A stretch of 64,000 nt of DNA from an uncultured bacterium (GTDB taxonomy: Bacteria; Krumholzibacteriota; Krumholzibacteriia; LZORAL124-64-63). Location: the NCBI GenBank assembly GCA_963727525.1, contig CAVSGO010000007.1, positions 1,376,001 to 1,440,000 of the forward strand, read 5' to 3'. The position numbers and the translations under genes are program-made. The notes beneath the pieces were generated by a model. The model saw only the letters and a list, made by a program, of their open reading frames with translations. It was not told the DNA's origin and made no database searches. Numbering within the stretch: position 1 is the stretch's first letter; the number at the start of each line of letters is the position of its first letter. Shown here in pieces: positions 62,308-64,000 of the stretch.

Positions 62308-64000
62308 ATGCGCACGCGGACGCTCGCCACCTTCGGGATCGCACTCGTCGTCGTCGGACTCGTGGTCATCGGGCTGATCCTGCGCCAGACGCACGAACTC
62401 GGCGCCAGGTCGCGTCCGCAGCCCGAAGCCGTCGTGCCGGCCGGTCCACCGGCCACCCTGGCCGAGGTCGATACCTTCCTGGTGCGATACAACCACGACT
62501 ACCGGCGGCTGTGGACGGGTTCCGAGGGCGCCAAGTTCCTCGCCAACTCGGACATCACCGATGAGCACACACAGCAGGAGGTGGACGCCGCGCAGGAACT
62601 GGCAGACTTCGTGGGCGATCGCCAGGTCATCGATCAGCTCCGCCATCTGCGGCGGACGCCCGACCTGGACGACCTGCACCGCCGCCAACTCGACCGCGCC
62701 TGGATCGAGGCGGCCCACTACCCCGGCACCGCACCGGCCACGGTGAGCAAGCTCCTCGCCACCGAAGCGGCCGCCACCGCCGCGATGTACAGCCACGAGT
62801 ACACGCTCGCACTTTCGGGCAAGGCGGCGCGCACCGTCACGCCCAACCAGATCGACGAGCTCCTGCGCACGAGTCGCAATCTGGCCGAGCGCCGCGCCGT
62901 GTGGGAGTGCAGCAAGAGCGGCGGCGCCGCTCTGAAGGACCAGCTCGTCGAGCTGCAGGGCTTGCGCAACACCCTGGCGCGCCAGATGGACTACTCGTCG
63001 TTCTTCGACCTGGAGTGCGCCGACTACGGCATGACCAGCGACGAGATGATGACGCTCATCGACGACATCCTCGCCTCCATCATGCCCCTCTACCAGCAGC
63101 TCCAGTGCTGGGTACGCTACGAACTGGCCGAACGCTATGGCGTGAAGGTGGTGCCGGACATGATCCCGGCGCACTGGCTAGGCAACCGCTGGGGCCAGGA
63201 ATGGCCCGGCATCGTCGAGGGAGTGGACCTGGACGCCATGCTCCGGGGCCGGTCTCCGCAGTGGATCGTGCAGCAGGGCGAGCGCTTCTACATGAGCATG
63301 GGCATGCCGTCACTGCCCCTCACGTTCTGGGGCCGCAGCGACCTCTACGAGCTGCCGCCCGACGCCACACGCAAGAAGAACACCCACGCTTCGGCCTGGC
63401 ACGTCGACCTCGACCAGGACGTGCGCTCCCTCATGAGCGTGCGCAGCGACTTCTCGTGGTTCACCACCGTGCACCACGAGCTGGGGCACATCTATTACTA
63501 CCTCGCCTACAGCCGCCCCGAGGTGCCGTACATCCTGCGACGCGGCGCCAACCGTGCCTTCCACGAGGGCATCGGCACCCTCATCGAGCTGGCGAGCAAC
63601 GAGGTCCCCTACCTCGAGGAGATCGGCCTGCTCAAGCCCGGCGAGGCGCCCGACCAGATCCGCTGGCTCTTGAACCAGGCGCTCACCGGCCCGGTCGTGT
63701 TCCTGCCCTTCGCCTGCGGCACGATGACGCACTGGGAGCATGACTTCTACGAGAACGACATGCCGCGCTACTGGATGAACACGCGCTGGTGGGCGCTGGC
63801 CGGCCAGTACCAGGGCATCGCGCCGCCGTCCGAGCGCGGCGAGGACTACTGCGACCCCGCAACCAAGACGCACATCATCGACGACCCCGCGCAGTACTAC
63901 GACTACGCCCTGAGCGAGGTCATCCTGCACCAGCTCCATCGCTATATCTGCCGCAACATCCTGCACCAGGACGTGCACGCCGCCAATTATTACGGCAACC
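62308..64000 (+). CDS. M2 family peptidyl-dipeptidase (ACE-like), partial; runs off the right edge
   Basis: Not in the ORF track. ATG 62308 follows GAGAGGA; N-terminal TM helix; IPAHWLGNRWGQEW, HASAW, VHHELGH, RGANRAFHEGIG, DPATKTH. Confidence 0.92.
   Translation, partial: MRTRTLATFGIALVVVGLVVIGLILRQTHELGARSRPQPEAVVPAGPPATLAEVDTFLVRYNHDYRRLWTGSEGAKFLANSDITDEHTQQEVDAAQELADFVGDRQVIDQLRHLRRTPDLDDLHRRQLDRAWIEAAHYPGTAPATVSKLLATEAAATAAMYSHEYTLALSGKAARTVTPNQIDELLRTSRNLAERRAVWECSKSGGAALKDQLVELQGLRNTLARQMDYSSFFDLECADYGMTSDEMMTLIDDILASIMPLYQQLQCWVRYELAERYGVKVVPDMIPAHWLGNRWGQEWPGIVEGVDLDAMLRGRSPQWIVQQGERFYMSMGMPSLPLTFWGRSDLYELPPDATRKKNTHASAWHVDLDQDVRSLMSVRSDFSWFTTVHHELGHIYYYLAYSRPEVPYILRRGANRAFHEGIGTLIELASNEVPYLEEIGLLKPGEAPDQIRWLLNQALTGPVVFLPFACGTMTHWEHDFYENDMPRYWMNTRWWALAGQYQGIAPPSERGEDYCDPATKTHIIDDPAQYYDYALSEVILHQLHRYICRNILHQDVHAANYYGN

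Overview
GC-rich bacterial chromosomal window with about 55 CDS. I recognised no rRNA, tRNA or CRISPR array. C-terminal W-S-T-V-K-A-L-F tails and an FlgD-Ig-terminated protease suggest an FCB-group organism such as Ca. Krumholzibacteriota, Latescibacterota or Eisenbacteria (inference). Content: (1) several secreted peptidases (S9, C1, lysyl-endopeptidase-like S1, ACE-like M2) and a metzincin-like protein; (2) housekeeping and metabolic genes (asnB, dinB, PiT/DUF47/CYTH, hppA, split fumarate hydratase, hutU, thyX, malQ); (3) envelope glycan genes (DegT, Wzz-like, O-antigen ligase-like, a carbamoyltransferase sxtIJK-like/SGNH module, GT4); (4) a peptidoglycan-recycling cluster with NamZ and a MurU-AmgK-like fusion. 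The best hidden signal is a small, probably unannotated selenoprotein (52274-52588, minus strand). It reads ...MWDG-U-G-C-KIDYFG with a SECIS-like hairpin at the expected distance, and it lies inside the GT4/NamZ/MurU-AmgK run. Also notable are a single-ORF IS1-like element (4711-5933, 21-bp TIRs) that rewrote the C-terminus of a PatB/MalY gene, a 178-bp fold-back MITE-like element (28126-28303), and a tandem pair of secreted paralogs with duplicated upstream motifs. All product calls come from motif recognition, not from database searches.
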